IMG/VR virus record: IMGVR_UViG_3300029142_000002
Span: 1-54,558 of that record
Source of the DNA: a virus
Lineage: Duplodnaviria; Caudoviricetes
Length of the DNA: 54,558 bases
Strand: one strand, 5' to 3'
Below are positions 44,352-52,623 of this stretch, piece after piece (the stretch's first letter is position 1; every line of letters begins with the position of its first letter). The translations under genes were made by a program, and so were the position numbers. The notes beneath the pieces were generated by a model that saw nothing but the letters and a program-made list of their open reading frames with translations, ran no database searches and was not told where the DNA came from.

Positions 44352-44672
44352 ATGAGCGTATCTGCTGAAATACATATCGGAAATGATACGGTTGTGACGC
44401 TCACAGGACTGCAGAACGCTATCGACAGCAGCTATCAGAACAGCGCTACCGTTACCTGTACCATCAAGGATGGGAGTGGTAGCGCTGTGTCTGGCGTCAC
44501 GTTTCCGGTGACAATGGATTATGTGGCGGCATCTGACGGCATCTACCGCGCAACGATTGACAAGGCATTAGCCGTATCAGAGGGCGTTACCTATTACGTA
44601 GAAGTTACCGCTGCCGAGGGCGGCGTGGATGGCTTCTGGAGGATTGCGAGGCATGCTACCTATCGTGACTAA
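44352..44672 (+). CDS. Small Ig/BppU-N-like beta-sandwich adaptor
   Basis: ATVTCTIKD...GIYRATI...YYVEVTA pattern. Confidence 0.6.
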   Translation: MSVSAEIHIGNDTVVTLTGLQNAIDSSYQNSATVTCTIKDGSGSAVSGVTFPVTMDYVAASDGIYRATIDKALAVSEGVTYYVEVTAAEGGVDGFWRIARHATYRD

Positions 44673-44768
44673 TGACATAAATGATGACGACGTTTTAACC
44701 AGGCCAAATCCAAAACCTAAGTCGAAAGGAAGCGCTGTTTTCTAGTTAATACTTAACTAGGAGGCAGT

Positions 44769-44978
44769 ATGAAAACGAATAGGCTTTTGTATCACTTGTT
44801 CGGAAAGGATGAACATGGATTTCCAGATATCCCTTCTAAAATTTCTGGTGTTCAGATATCCCGGATAATAAACACTGCGATCGGAGGATGTTCTTGGTGT
44901 TTCCCTCACCAGGGATACTGTTACTGGCATAAGCCGCAAAAGAACTGGAAAAAGAAAAGACGCACGCAGTACAAATAG
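44769..44978 (+). CDS. Small basic Cys/His protein
   Basis: AGGAGG RBS; CSWCFPH; own terminator downstream. Confidence 0.65.
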   Translation: MKTNRLLYHLFGKDEHGFPDIPSKISGVQISRIINTAIGGCSWCFPHQGYCYWHKPQKNWKKKRRTQYK

Positions 44979-45005
44979 AATCTCTAACGAGAGGATGGGA
45001 AGCAT

Positions 45006-45064
45006 AACCCGCTGCTGGCTTTAGCACGTGCAAACGTGTTAGCCGGTGGTGGGTTTTTTTGTTT
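45006..45064 (+). terminator. Intrinsic terminator
   Basis: AACCCGCTGCTGGCT...AGCCGGTGGTGGGTT followed by a T-run. Confidence 0.8.
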
Positions 45065-45069
45065 GCTAC

Positions 45070-45121
45070 TTGCATTTTGTGATATGAAATATTATGTTTC
45101 ACTGTGAAACTAAATGTTTCA
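45070..45121 (+). promoter_or_regulatory. Promoter with two tandem palindromic operators
   Basis: TTGCAT-N17-TATGTT; TGAAA-N7-TTTCA at 45085-45101 and 45105-45121. Confidence 0.7.
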
Positions 45122-45163
45122 TACACTGTAAGCAGTAATAAATACAGAAAATTGAGTGGATTG

Positions 45164-45439
45164 ATGGCTAGAAAAGCGATTATAAAGGCAACTGAAGAGC
45201 TCCCTAAATTAGATAGGAAGGACGCATATAAAACGGTTGCAAGGCTGGTGGATGAGTCAGGGCTAACAAAAAAGGAAATTGCCAAGTGCATTGGCAAGAC
45301 TTACCGAATGTTACACTTGGCTTTGACTTGTGATTTATACCCAGGAATTTTAATCGATGTACTGGAATGCCTTGGTTACCGTGCATGGAAAGTTGAATAC
45401 ATCGACACTGAAATCAAAACACCAAAAGGGGAGGGGTGA
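45164..45439 (+). CDS. XRE-type HTH regulator
   Basis: SGLTKKEIAKCIGKTYRML; ATG at 45164 lies downstream of the operators. Confidence 0.7.
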   Translation: MARKAIIKATEELPKLDRKDAYKTVARLVDESGLTKKEIAKCIGKTYRMLHLALTCDLYPGILIDVLECLGYRAWKVEYIDTEIKTPKGEG

Positions 45440-45440
45440 T

Positions 45441-45992
45441 ATGGAAACTCTGACGAAAGCAAAAGAGCGCCCAATTCTCTTCAATAGCGAGATATGGAAG
45501 CCTGTAGTGGGTTTTGAGAATAGGTATGAGGTATCAAATAAGGGTCGTGTAAGATCCTTGAGTACCTATCGTTCTGGGTACTTCCACAAAATGATGAGTC
45601 AGTATGTTCAGAACAAAGGATATTGCTATGTCACATTAAGGAATAAGGAGCGGAAACAGGGTTTTGCTGTTCACAGACTTGTTTTAGAAGCTTTTGTTGG
45701 TCCGTGTCCAAAGGGAAAACAAGTAGCACATTGGAATGGAGATCCAGGAGATAATCGAGTAGAGAATTTGAGGTGGGCAACAGCAAAAGAAAACATCAAA
45801 GACAGGGCGCGACACGGTCGTACTGCTAAGGGTGAAAAATCTGGCTCATCCAAGCTGGATAGAAAAGCAGTTAAGACTATCAAGAGGCTAAAAGATAGTG
45901 GGCTTTCTGCATGTGAAATAGCTCATCTTGCTTGTGTTAATTACAGTACAATCTTAAGCATTTGGAGAGGTGAAACATGGAAACACTTGTAA
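45441..45992 (+). CDS. NUMOD4-HNH homing endonuclease
   Basis: EIWKPVVGFENRYEVSNKGRVRS (NUMOD4); VHRLV...H.NGDPGDNRVENLRW...EN (HNH). Confidence 0.92.
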   Translation: METLTKAKERPILFNSEIWKPVVGFENRYEVSNKGRVRSLSTYRSGYFHKMMSQYVQNKGYCYVTLRNKERKQGFAVHRLVLEAFVGPCPKGKQVAHWNGDPGDNRVENLRWATAKENIKDRARHGRTAKGEKSGSSKLDRKAVKTIKRLKDSGLSACEIAHLACVNYSTILSIWRGETWKHL

Positions 45993-46654
45993 GAGAAAAA
46001 CCGATACTTTTTTCTGGCGAGATGGTTCGGGCTGTGCTTGATGGTAGAAAGACGCAGACGCGTCGGGTAGTCAAGCCGCAATCCAGAATCATTCTACATG
46101 ACAATGGGCAGGCACTAACAGATAGTGGTTGGTTGCCTGAGCTAGACAATCCCTACGGCAAACCAGGAGATCAGCTTTGGGTTCGGGAGACTTGGGCTAC
46201 TAGCTTAAGTTTAGATCAAACTTCACCTGCCGAGATTGCCGTACATGCGCATTATGCAGGCTATAATGACGGAAATCATCCTTTGGCTGATTTGTGGTAC
46301 ATCGCTGATATGCACTATCGGCAATGGGGAGATGAGAAGACGAGTTTAGGCAAATCTAGGCCATCAATCCACATGCCCCGGTGGGCGTCTCGCATTCAGC
46401 TTGAAGTAACCGACGTGCGTGTTGAGCGGGTACAGGATATTAGTGAAAAAGACATGGTCGCAGAGGGTATTGTGCTTAAGTATTCTGACTATGAATGGTT
46501 CAATCGTAGTAAATTTTCAAGTGAGCAGTTTTTCGGTTTTGACCTGGATCAGGCTTGGATCGACTTATGGAACTCAATCAACGAAAAGCGTGGCTTTGGG
46601 TGGGATGTTAATCCTTGGGTATGGGTAGTTGAATTTAAGATGATAAAGCCATGA
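45977..46654 (+). CDS. ASCH/PUA-like phage protein
   Basis: PILFSGEMVRAVLDGRKTQTRR, PGDQLWVRETW, PSIHMPRWASRI and NPWVWVVEF motifs. Confidence 0.85.
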   Translation: METLVREKPILFSGEMVRAVLDGRKTQTRRVVKPQSRIILHDNGQALTDSGWLPELDNPYGKPGDQLWVRETWATSLSLDQTSPAEIAVHAHYAGYNDGNHPLADLWYIADMHYRQWGDEKTSLGKSRPSIHMPRWASRIQLEVTDVRVERVQDISEKDMVAEGIVLKYSDYEWFNRSKFSSEQFFGFDLDQAWIDLWNSINEKRGFGWDVNPWVWVVEFKMIKP

Positions 46655-46917
46655 CAGCCGAGCCCCAAATAGCACAGCCTGAAGACGTTCTGTCGTATGA
46701 TGTTGACCAGATGGAAGCGCAGCTATTGTATGCGTGCATGCTTAAGGGTATGGACTATTATTCGGTGTGGGGTAGGGCGCGCTTTAACATGATATCGATG
46801 AGCTGGCATAGCAGCGGCGCCGTGTGGTATGTAGGCGGCGAGCCGGTGCTGGAGTGGCTAGAGTACACAAAAGAATTTTGCATTCCTGCGCTTGCGCGGG
46901 AGCTGGTAACAAACTAA
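46651..46917 (+). CDS. Hypothetical protein
   Basis: ATGA-coupled. Confidence 0.6.
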   Translation: MTAEPQIAQPEDVLSYDVDQMEAQLLYACMLKGMDYYSVWGRARFNMISMSWHSSGAVWYVGGEPVLEWLEYTKEFCIPALARELVTN

Positions 46918-47197
46918 CCCCCTGAGATTATGAAAAAGACATTTACGCTTGTTGCGTGGCTCGTTGCTGCGCTGTTAACAGTGGCAGCCGTTAACGAGGA
47001 GGCCGTGAATCTTATTATTGCGGGGTGGTAATGACTGAGTTTATTGACAGTCTGAGCCCGATGGAAGCGGTGGTGCTGATCGTTGTATCTGGTGCTCCTG
47101 ATGTGCTTTGGTGTTGCGCTTGGTTATGTGATAACCAGGACAAAAAAGGAAGCTTAAGAAACCGCCCCTTTTAGCTAAAAGATAAAAAGAAATTATT

Positions 47198-47443
47198 ATG
47201 TCTGGAATGCACAAGGATCTGGTCTCAAGATTAATCAGTGCCTCATTGCCAAGTAGTACGCACAAGCTATCTTCAAAGGATAGGGAAATGGCGATTTTCT
47301 ACATAAAAGAAAAGAATCACCATCGTGATATCGAGAAATTGAAAATACTAAGTGATGCTGATTTGTACCACGCGTTCGCACTAGAGCTAAATGAGGATTT
47401 CATGGAGAGTGATTCAGACTGGATAAATACAGGAAAAGTATAG
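47198..47443 (+). CDS. Cassette-like hypothetical protein
   Basis: Preceded by an AGAAACCGCCCC junction repeat. Confidence 0.65.
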   Translation: MSGMHKDLVSRLISASLPSSTHKLSSKDREMAIFYIKEKNHHRDIEKLKILSDADLYHAFALELNEDFMESDSDWINTGKV

Positions 47444-47503
47444 AAGCCAATGAATCAGTTTCGATAATCGAGAAACCGCCCCGGAGGTAAATAAGAAAAA
47501 ACT

Positions 47504-47752
47504 ATGTCAAGACGAAAGCGCAAAATATATTATACCATCAATGTATCCGGATATTGGTGGGCCGGGAGAAGATGGGTAAAAGAGTTTGATGGGCCAGGGT
47601 CTTCTCATAGACGATGCAATACTATGGTATCTGCAACTAAAGCGATGCTCTCTGCTCCTGACAATGCTGTTATGCTACAGATATACAGGCACAATGGTGT
47701 CAGGATGATGAGAAAGTACTTCAAGAAAGAGACCAAAACCGCTTCCGAATAG
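47504..47752 (+). CDS. Cassette-like hypothetical protein
   Basis: Flanked by junction repeats; ends TASE. Confidence 0.65.
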   Translation: MSRRKRKIYYTINVSGYWWAGRRWVKEFDGPGSSHRRCNTMVSATKAMLSAPDNAVMLQIYRHNGVRMMRKYFKKETKTASE

Positions 47753-47815
47753 CACACCATAACCGAATCAGTTTCGATAATCGAGAAACCGCCCCTTGAG
47801 CTAAAGAGGAAAACA

Positions 47816-48058
47816 ATGGAAATAGATTATGGTCCTCAATGCCCAGTCTGTGAGCTTGATTTAGACTGGGAAGACTGCACTAACTGCTGTGATGGATATA
47901 CACACCATGATTGCGGTGAAGATACCTGCTGCTGCCTTTATCCTGATGATAATGTCAAGTGCGATATTTGTGAAGGCGCTACGGGTTGGTGGAGATGTTT
48001 TCAAAATAAATGCGGATCGTGGTTAGGGAAAGAGCTAACTAAAGCCGCTTCCAGATAG
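47816..48058 (+). CDS. Cys-rich zinc-binding cassette-like protein
   Basis: Multiple CxxC motifs; GAGG RBS; ends AASR. Confidence 0.7.
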   Translation: MEIDYGPQCPVCELDLDWEDCTNCCDGYTHHDCGEDTCCCLYPDDNVKCDICEGATGWWRCFQNKCGSWLGKELTKAASR

Positions 48059-48113
48059 CAGCCCGTAAACGAATCGAGAAACCGCCCCCGAGATTTAAAA
48101 AGAGAACTGAATT

Positions 48114-48344
48114 ATGAAATATCTGAGATCAAGACGAGCGTGGAAAGCATGGGCACGCAAAAATCATTTCGTAGGGTGCGAGTATTTCGAAGAGCCTAAA
48201 CGATTTCCTTGCTACGCTTATTTCATAGTTGCAGACTGGCACATGCAGCAAGAAGCATCTGTGTACCTGTATTCGGACGATATTGCAAAAATGGCGATCA
48301 ACGTTGGTCTTAACCTGCATTCAGCAGCTATCGCTTCCGAATAG
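48114..48344 (+). CDS. Cassette-like hypothetical protein
   Basis: Flanked by junction repeats; ends IASE. Confidence 0.65.
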   Translation: MKYLRSRRAWKAWARKNHFVGCEYFEEPKRFPCYAYFIVADWHMQQEASVYLYSDDIAKMAINVGLNLHSAAIASE

Positions 48345-48557
48345 CAGTCCGTAAACGAAGGGTAAGTTTCCTAAATAATGCCTTATCGAAAGCAAACTAA
48401 GAGGTAATGAAATGGATAAAGATATCGTAAAAGCCATGATTAGGCTACACAAAGCAACCGGTAGCTTGAGAAAGAATCTGCGCCGGATGACTTACAGGGA
48501 ATTTAGAAGCAAGCGGTTTTTGATGACCTATTAACCACAAGCACGGAGGTGCTGAAT

Positions 48558-48965
48558 ATGAGAACACAACAAGAAATTATAGACAGAATTAAGGCTAATG
48601 AGGAAGACATGTTTTTCGGTATGGTAGTAATGGATTTATTGCAATACCTGTCTTTTGATAATGCAAAGCAGTTTTTGAAAGAGGATGTAACTATTGCAGA
48701 CTGGGAGGCAGACAAATTGCCAAGACAGTTGACGGAAGAAAATGTTAAGGATGAGATGATAGATTATTTAGACTTTGCATTTGAAAAGGCTCATGGTGAA
48801 AGGGGGCTTTCTGCAGGTCGTTCCATGTATCACTACACCAATTGGTTTTGGCTATTGGGTGACGATGTCCTGGAGGAGATTGGTGACTTGATGCAATATG
48901 AGAATTACGGGTTAGCGCACTTGTGCAGGATAGCTAAGTATCTAGAACAGGAAGTACCAGCTTAA
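48558..48965 (+). CDS. Hypothetical protein
   Basis: GGAGG RBS; ERGLSAGRS motif. Confidence 0.7.
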   Translation: MRTQQEIIDRIKANEEDMFFGMVVMDLLQYLSFDNAKQFLKEDVTIADWEADKLPRQLTEENVKDEMIDYLDFAFEKAHGERGLSAGRSMYHYTNWFWLLGDDVLEEIGDLMQYENYGLAHLCRIAKYLEQEVPA

Positions 48966-49011
48966 TCGCTAAACCATATAGTCGATAAGGCGACGGATAG
49001 GAAATAGACAT

Positions 49012-49512
49012 ATGAAATCACATTGGCAATATATAAGATATTTAATTCGGCATAAGTGGTTTGTGTTGGTAGCTGGATTAAAAGTGCGTGCCCCTTTGTG
49101 GAGATTGATAATTCATGATTGGAGTAAGTTTTTACCTTCTGAGTGGTTCGCTTATGTTGATTATTTCTATCGTGAAGAAGAAACTATATCGGATGATCAA
49201 TTTGTAGATGAGCGTTTCAATATGGCTTGGCTATATCATCAAAACCGTAATAAGCATCACTGGCAATACTGGGTCATGCAAAAAGAAGATGGCGGATTAG
49301 CAGTTTTGCCTATGCCTGAGAAGTATGTTCGTGAAATGGTTGCTGATTGGGCAAGTGCCGGACGCGCTATTAATGGACATTGGGATGTTGCTCAGTGGTA
49401 TCGAAAGAATCGAGACAGAATAAAGATTCACTCTGAAACACGGATGGAAGTTGAACAATTGCTGCAAGTTTATTACGGATATCGCATTAATGTAGAAAAC
49501 AAAGTAGCATGA
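49012..49512 (+). CDS. DUF5662-like HD-domain protein
   Basis: HK...HDWSKF...H..RNKHHWQYW...MP...EMVADW. Confidence 0.75.
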   Translation: MKSHWQYIRYLIRHKWFVLVAGLKVRAPLWRLIIHDWSKFLPSEWFAYVDYFYREEETISDDQFVDERFNMAWLYHQNRNKHHWQYWVMQKEDGGLAVLPMPEKYVREMVADWASAGRAINGHWDVAQWYRKNRDRIKIHSETRMEVEQLLQVYYGYRINVENKVA

Positions 49513-50507
49513 AAAGCCTCCAGCAACACAGCGCAGCATTACCAGCACAGCTCCAGGGACCAGCACGGAAAGCCAAGGCTTACGCAAGTGAGAACCTGCG
49601 AAAGAACACCAAGCGGACGTATAGGGCAGGGTGGGGCGTGTTCATTGCCTGGTGCAAAGACAAGGGCGTAGAATCATTGCCGTGTACTATCGATACGGTA
49701 GCGCTGTTTGTCTCTGATATGGCAGAAAGCCGTAAGTACAATACGCTTGTAGCTTATATGTCCGCAATCAGTGTTGCGCATAAGACCGCTGGACACGACA
49801 CGCCGGTAAGACTAAGGGACGAGCCGCTACGTTCAGTGTGGGGCGGCATAAGAAACACGCACGGCTCGAGTAGCAAAAAGGTGGCGCCGGTTATGGCTGG
49901 TGACCTGGTAAAGATTGGTCAGTATATCGACGGCGCACTTGTTAACGCTACAGCAAAAGACAGGCTCACCCTGCTTAGAGATAAGGCTATTCTGCTAATC
50001 GGGTTTACAGGCGTTATGCGCCGTAGTGAAATTGCAGCTATTGAGATAGATAAAATCCGCTTTACTGACGAGGGCATTGTAATCACGCTGTTCAAGACCA
50101 AAGGCGACAAGAACAACGCAGGCGTAGAGATTCCGGTTTATAAGCAAGAAAGGTTTTGCCCGGTTGATGCAATCAAAGCCTGGATAAAGGCGGCTGGTAT
50201 TCGTTCAGGGTTCGTTTTTCAGCGCGTAGACAGGCACGGCAACGTAGGAGACGGCACAAAAGCAATGTCAGGGCAATCAATAGCGACGATCGTTAAGAAC
50301 TACGCCAGCATTGCAGGGCTCAACGCAAGCGCGGTAAGCGGTCACAGCTTGCGCCGGGGCTGCGCTACGCAGATGGCGCGCAATGGTGAGCCTGATAGAA
50401 TTGTGATGCGTCATGGACGCTGGAAGACGCAGCGCATTGTCGATGAGTATGTAGAGGCAGGAACGCAGTTTTCGGAAGATAATCCAACTAAACGATTGGG
50501 GTTGTAG
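49509..50507 (+). CDS. Second tyrosine recombinase, Cre-like (SAM-like core-binding domain, no arm-binding domain)
   Basis: NTKRTY..W..F..WC N-domain; RD.AILL.GF...RRSEI, KTKGD, SGHSLRRG, HGRW and EY catalytic motifs. Confidence 0.92.
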   Translation: MKSLQQHSAALPAQLQGPARKAKAYASENLRKNTKRTYRAGWGVFIAWCKDKGVESLPCTIDTVALFVSDMAESRKYNTLVAYMSAISVAHKTAGHDTPVRLRDEPLRSVWGGIRNTHGSSSKKVAPVMAGDLVKIGQYIDGALVNATAKDRLTLLRDKAILLIGFTGVMRRSEIAAIEIDKIRFTDEGIVITLFKTKGDKNNAGVEIPVYKQERFCPVDAIKAWIKAAGIRSGFVFQRVDRHGNVGDGTKAMSGQSIATIVKNYASIAGLNASAVSGHSLRRGCATQMARNGEPDRIVMRHGRWKTQRIVDEYVEAGTQFSEDNPTKRLGL

Positions 50508-50509
50508 GT

Positions 50510-50926
50510 ATGGAAATTTATTACTCGATAGATGAAGATCCGGAGGTCTTGAGCCACCAGGACATAGACGAAGTTGTTGAATCATGGGCTAATGACTATT
50601 GGCGAGTCGAGCGCTTGCCTGAAGAACTGGAAATATTCGAATGGCATCCTAAGCCCATGAGGACTCCAGAAGATATTGCTGAAAGTGTGCTAGAAAATAT
50701 CATAGAACGTCTAGATGAAGAGTATCAATACGACATATACGCCGATGGCACAGAGCCTTGCAGTGAGATGAAGAATGCAGCACTGGTTTTCGCACAGGTA
50801 GTTGCAAAGGAATATCCTAATAATGCATGGGCTGTCAAGAAATCATTCAAGGTTAACCCCAGGAAGCATCTGTCAAAGGATTTGCATCATATGGGTTTCA
50901 ATGATCCTGCAATGAAAACAGCCTAG
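50510..50926 (+). CDS. Acidic hypothetical protein
   Basis: 2 nt after the recombinase stop; followed by a palindromic site. Confidence 0.7.
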   Translation: MEIYYSIDEDPEVLSHQDIDEVVESWANDYWRVERLPEELEIFEWHPKPMRTPEDIAESVLENIIERLDEEYQYDIYADGTEPCSEMKNAALVFAQVVAKEYPNNAWAVKKSFKVNPRKHLSKDLHHMGFNDPAMKTA

Positions 50927-50974
50927 CTCTTGATATGATTACCATATCGAAAGTTAAATAAAGAGGTTTGAGGT

Positions 50975-51223
50975 TTGATTATAGGCCCGGTTGAAATACG
51001 ATTTCTTAGCAACAAAGAGAGACTCTTGGCTAGATTTAAGTCCGTTGGACCCAGAGAAGACAGACACAGCCCTATGAGATCACTTAGTGAAATGTTGGGA
51101 TGGGCTTTTGAGAATGGCTATCAGGAAAATCATCATACATATGACGAGGTTCAGGAGTATCTGTTTGGGCTTATAAACAGAGATTGCCCAAACGCTAATT
51201 GTAAAGTTTGCAATCCTGAATAA
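50975..51223 (+). CDS. Hypothetical protein (paralog of 52372-52623)
   Basis: Shared GP.EIR, FKS.GP.EDRHSPM.SL.EM and NGYQE motifs. Confidence 0.75.
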   Translation: MIIGPVEIRFLSNKERLLARFKSVGPREDRHSPMRSLSEMLGWAFENGYQENHHTYDEVQEYLFGLINRDCPNANCKVCNPE

Positions 51224-51281
51224 CAGAAACCAGCAACACCCCACACCCGGCATAGCTGGGGTGGATTAACGGAGGTACGGT

Positions 51282-51644
51282 ATGGGAAATAGGTCAAAAA
51301 CAAAGTCCAGTGACGACTGGGTGCGCACAATGCAGCCTGTTAAGGATGATCAAGGGAAATATTGGGTAGCTGATCCTGATTGGCTGCCTCCAGAAAGAAA
51401 GACTGTATTAGTCTGGATTGAAGAAGAGTTTCTCCCGAGGCTTGGATATGTCAGGTATGCTGCTGGTGATAAAGATAGTCCATATTGGGTTGTTTATACC
51501 GCGCGTAAGGATCATCACCTAGAAGATGATAGCGACCCAGTGAAGGTTGTAGCATATCTAGACTGTGTACCACAGACAAGGCCATCCTTCTTAGATAAAA
51601 ACATGAAGCTAACTCCAGATTCATGGCCTGATTCCAAGCCTTGA
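51282..51644 (+). CDS. Hypothetical protein (DUF551-like LP...VLVW motif)
   Basis: GGAGG RBS; WLPPERKTVLVW. Confidence 0.6.
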   Translation: MGNRSKTKSSDDWVRTMQPVKDDQGKYWVADPDWLPPERKTVLVWIEEEFLPRLGYVRYAAGDKDSPYWVVYTARKDHHLEDDSDPVKVVAYLDCVPQTRPSFLDKNMKLTPDSWPDSKP

Positions 51645-51685
51645 TATTGTCACTTATAGGGGCTTGAGAAAATAAAGAGGCAACC

Positions 51686-51904
51686 ATGAACGATTCAGAA
51701 TTTTATAACATATTAGCCGAGTACACGCATCCAAGTATTCAGCGCGGACAAGTTTGGTGCAGGGAGTGCGGGGGCACACAGAAAGTAAACCCTGCGTATT
51801 CCTTGCAACACGGATGGCCTAAGTGCTGCGGCTATACAATGACAATCGATAGCCCAGAAGAACAACAGAGGTTATCTAACACCGCCACAAAGGCGGAAAA
51901 CTAA
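51686..51904 (+). CDS. Small zinc-ribbon protein
   Basis: WCRECG ... GWPKCCGYTM. Confidence 0.7.
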   Translation: MNDSEFYNILAEYTHPSIQRGQVWCRECGGTQKVNPAYSLQHGWPKCCGYTMTIDSPEEQQRLSNTATKAEN

Positions 51905-51914
51905 AGGAGGTCAT

Positions 51915-52103
51915 ATGTATTGCAGAAGTTTTGAAGAACACAGCATGGAAGTGAGTGATGCTTTAGAAGAGCGCGATGCCAAATGGTTGGCAATGATAAA
52001 AGAGATAAGGCAAGAGATCGACAAAGATTGGACTGCTGATGGCGAAATAGCTTCAGCGCAATGGGGCCTTAAAGAACTGGAAACCCGAATGAAATATAGG
52101 TAA
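51915..52103 (+). CDS. Hypothetical protein
   Basis: AAGGAGG RBS; similar to the C-terminus of 31523-31783. Confidence 0.65.
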   Translation: MYCRSFEEHSMEVSDALEERDAKWLAMIKEIRQEIDKDWTADGEIASAQWGLKELETRMKYR

Positions 52104-52119
52104 ACTAAAGGAGGCAAAA

Positions 52120-52308
52120 ATGATAATTGAAGTTTATTTACACACGGCAGAGCACAGGAGATTTCCTGACAATGTAGCAACGATTAATATCCATGATGAA
52201 GATGGGGAGATTGTAGGTACTGAATCGCAAGCAAAGATAAAGGAACTATTTTCCGAAATATGGGGCGAGCCTGTTTACATCGATTTGGTTAAGGATGTAC
52301 ATCAATAG
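52120..52308 (+). CDS. Hypothetical protein
   Basis: AAGGAGG RBS. Confidence 0.65.
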   Translation: MIIEVYLHTAEHRRFPDNVATINIHDEDGEIVGTESQAKIKELFSEIWGEPVYIDLVKDVHQ

Positions 52309-52371
52309 GTTTTGATAAGTCTTCGTTATCGAAAGCAAAATGAATAGAGCGAATAATAAACGAGTCAAACT

Positions 52372-52623
52372 GTGCGAATAGGTCCTTTTGAAATACGCTG
52401 GCTAACTCCTGAACAGCGACTTTTAGATCAGTTTAAATCTACTGGCCCAAGTGAAGACAGGCACAGTCCAATGAAATCGCTTGGCGAAATGATTCATTAT
52501 GCATACGACAATGGCTATCAGGAAAAAGACCATACGTTTGATGAAGTGATGAAATATATGTTCAGGCTGATAAATAGATTCGAAATGGGAGATGGTAGAA
52601 ATCTTACAGACGACAAAGGGTGA
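52372..52623 (+). CDS. Hypothetical protein (paralog of 50975-51223)
   Basis: Same shared motifs as 50975-51223. Confidence 0.75.
   Translation: MRIGPFEIRWLTPEQRLLDQFKSTGPSEDRHSPMKSLGEMIHYAYDNGYQEKDHTFDEVMKYMFRLINRFEMGDGRNLTDDKG

Larger units (their letters stand above)
47157..48360 (+). repeat. Intergenic junction repeat family
   Basis: AGAAACCGCCCC at ~47157, 47471, 47784 and 48077; GAATCAGTTTCGATAATCGAGAAACCGCCCC identical at ~47452 and ~47765; CGCTTCC(GA/AG)ATAGCA at the ends of three genes. Confidence 0.9.
48367..52334. repeat. Five intergenic 9-7-9 palindromic sites
   Basis: 48367 TTTCCTAAA-N7-TTATCGAAA; 48980 AGTCGATAA-N7-GATAGGAAA; 50928 TCTTGATAT-N7-ATATCGAAA; 51639 CCTTGATAT-N7-TATAGGGGC; 52310 TTTTGATAA-N7-TTATCGAAA. 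Confidence 0.75.

Noticed and set aside
47031-47157. Apparent frameshifted small TM gene (similar ambiguous short ORFs near 48412 and 52628)
   Set aside because: No slippery site or structure; decay, sequencing error and chance cannot be told apart without reads.
47150-48400. Junction repeats as a CRISPR array
   Set aside because: The intervening sequences are 230-300 bp ORFs, the repeats are modular and unequal, and no cas genes are present.
49509-50507. Classical integron integrase (IntI) with attC sites
   Set aside because: No IntI-specific insertion was recognised and the nearby sites lack RYYYAAC/GTTRRRY ends; retained only as an integron-like hypothesis.
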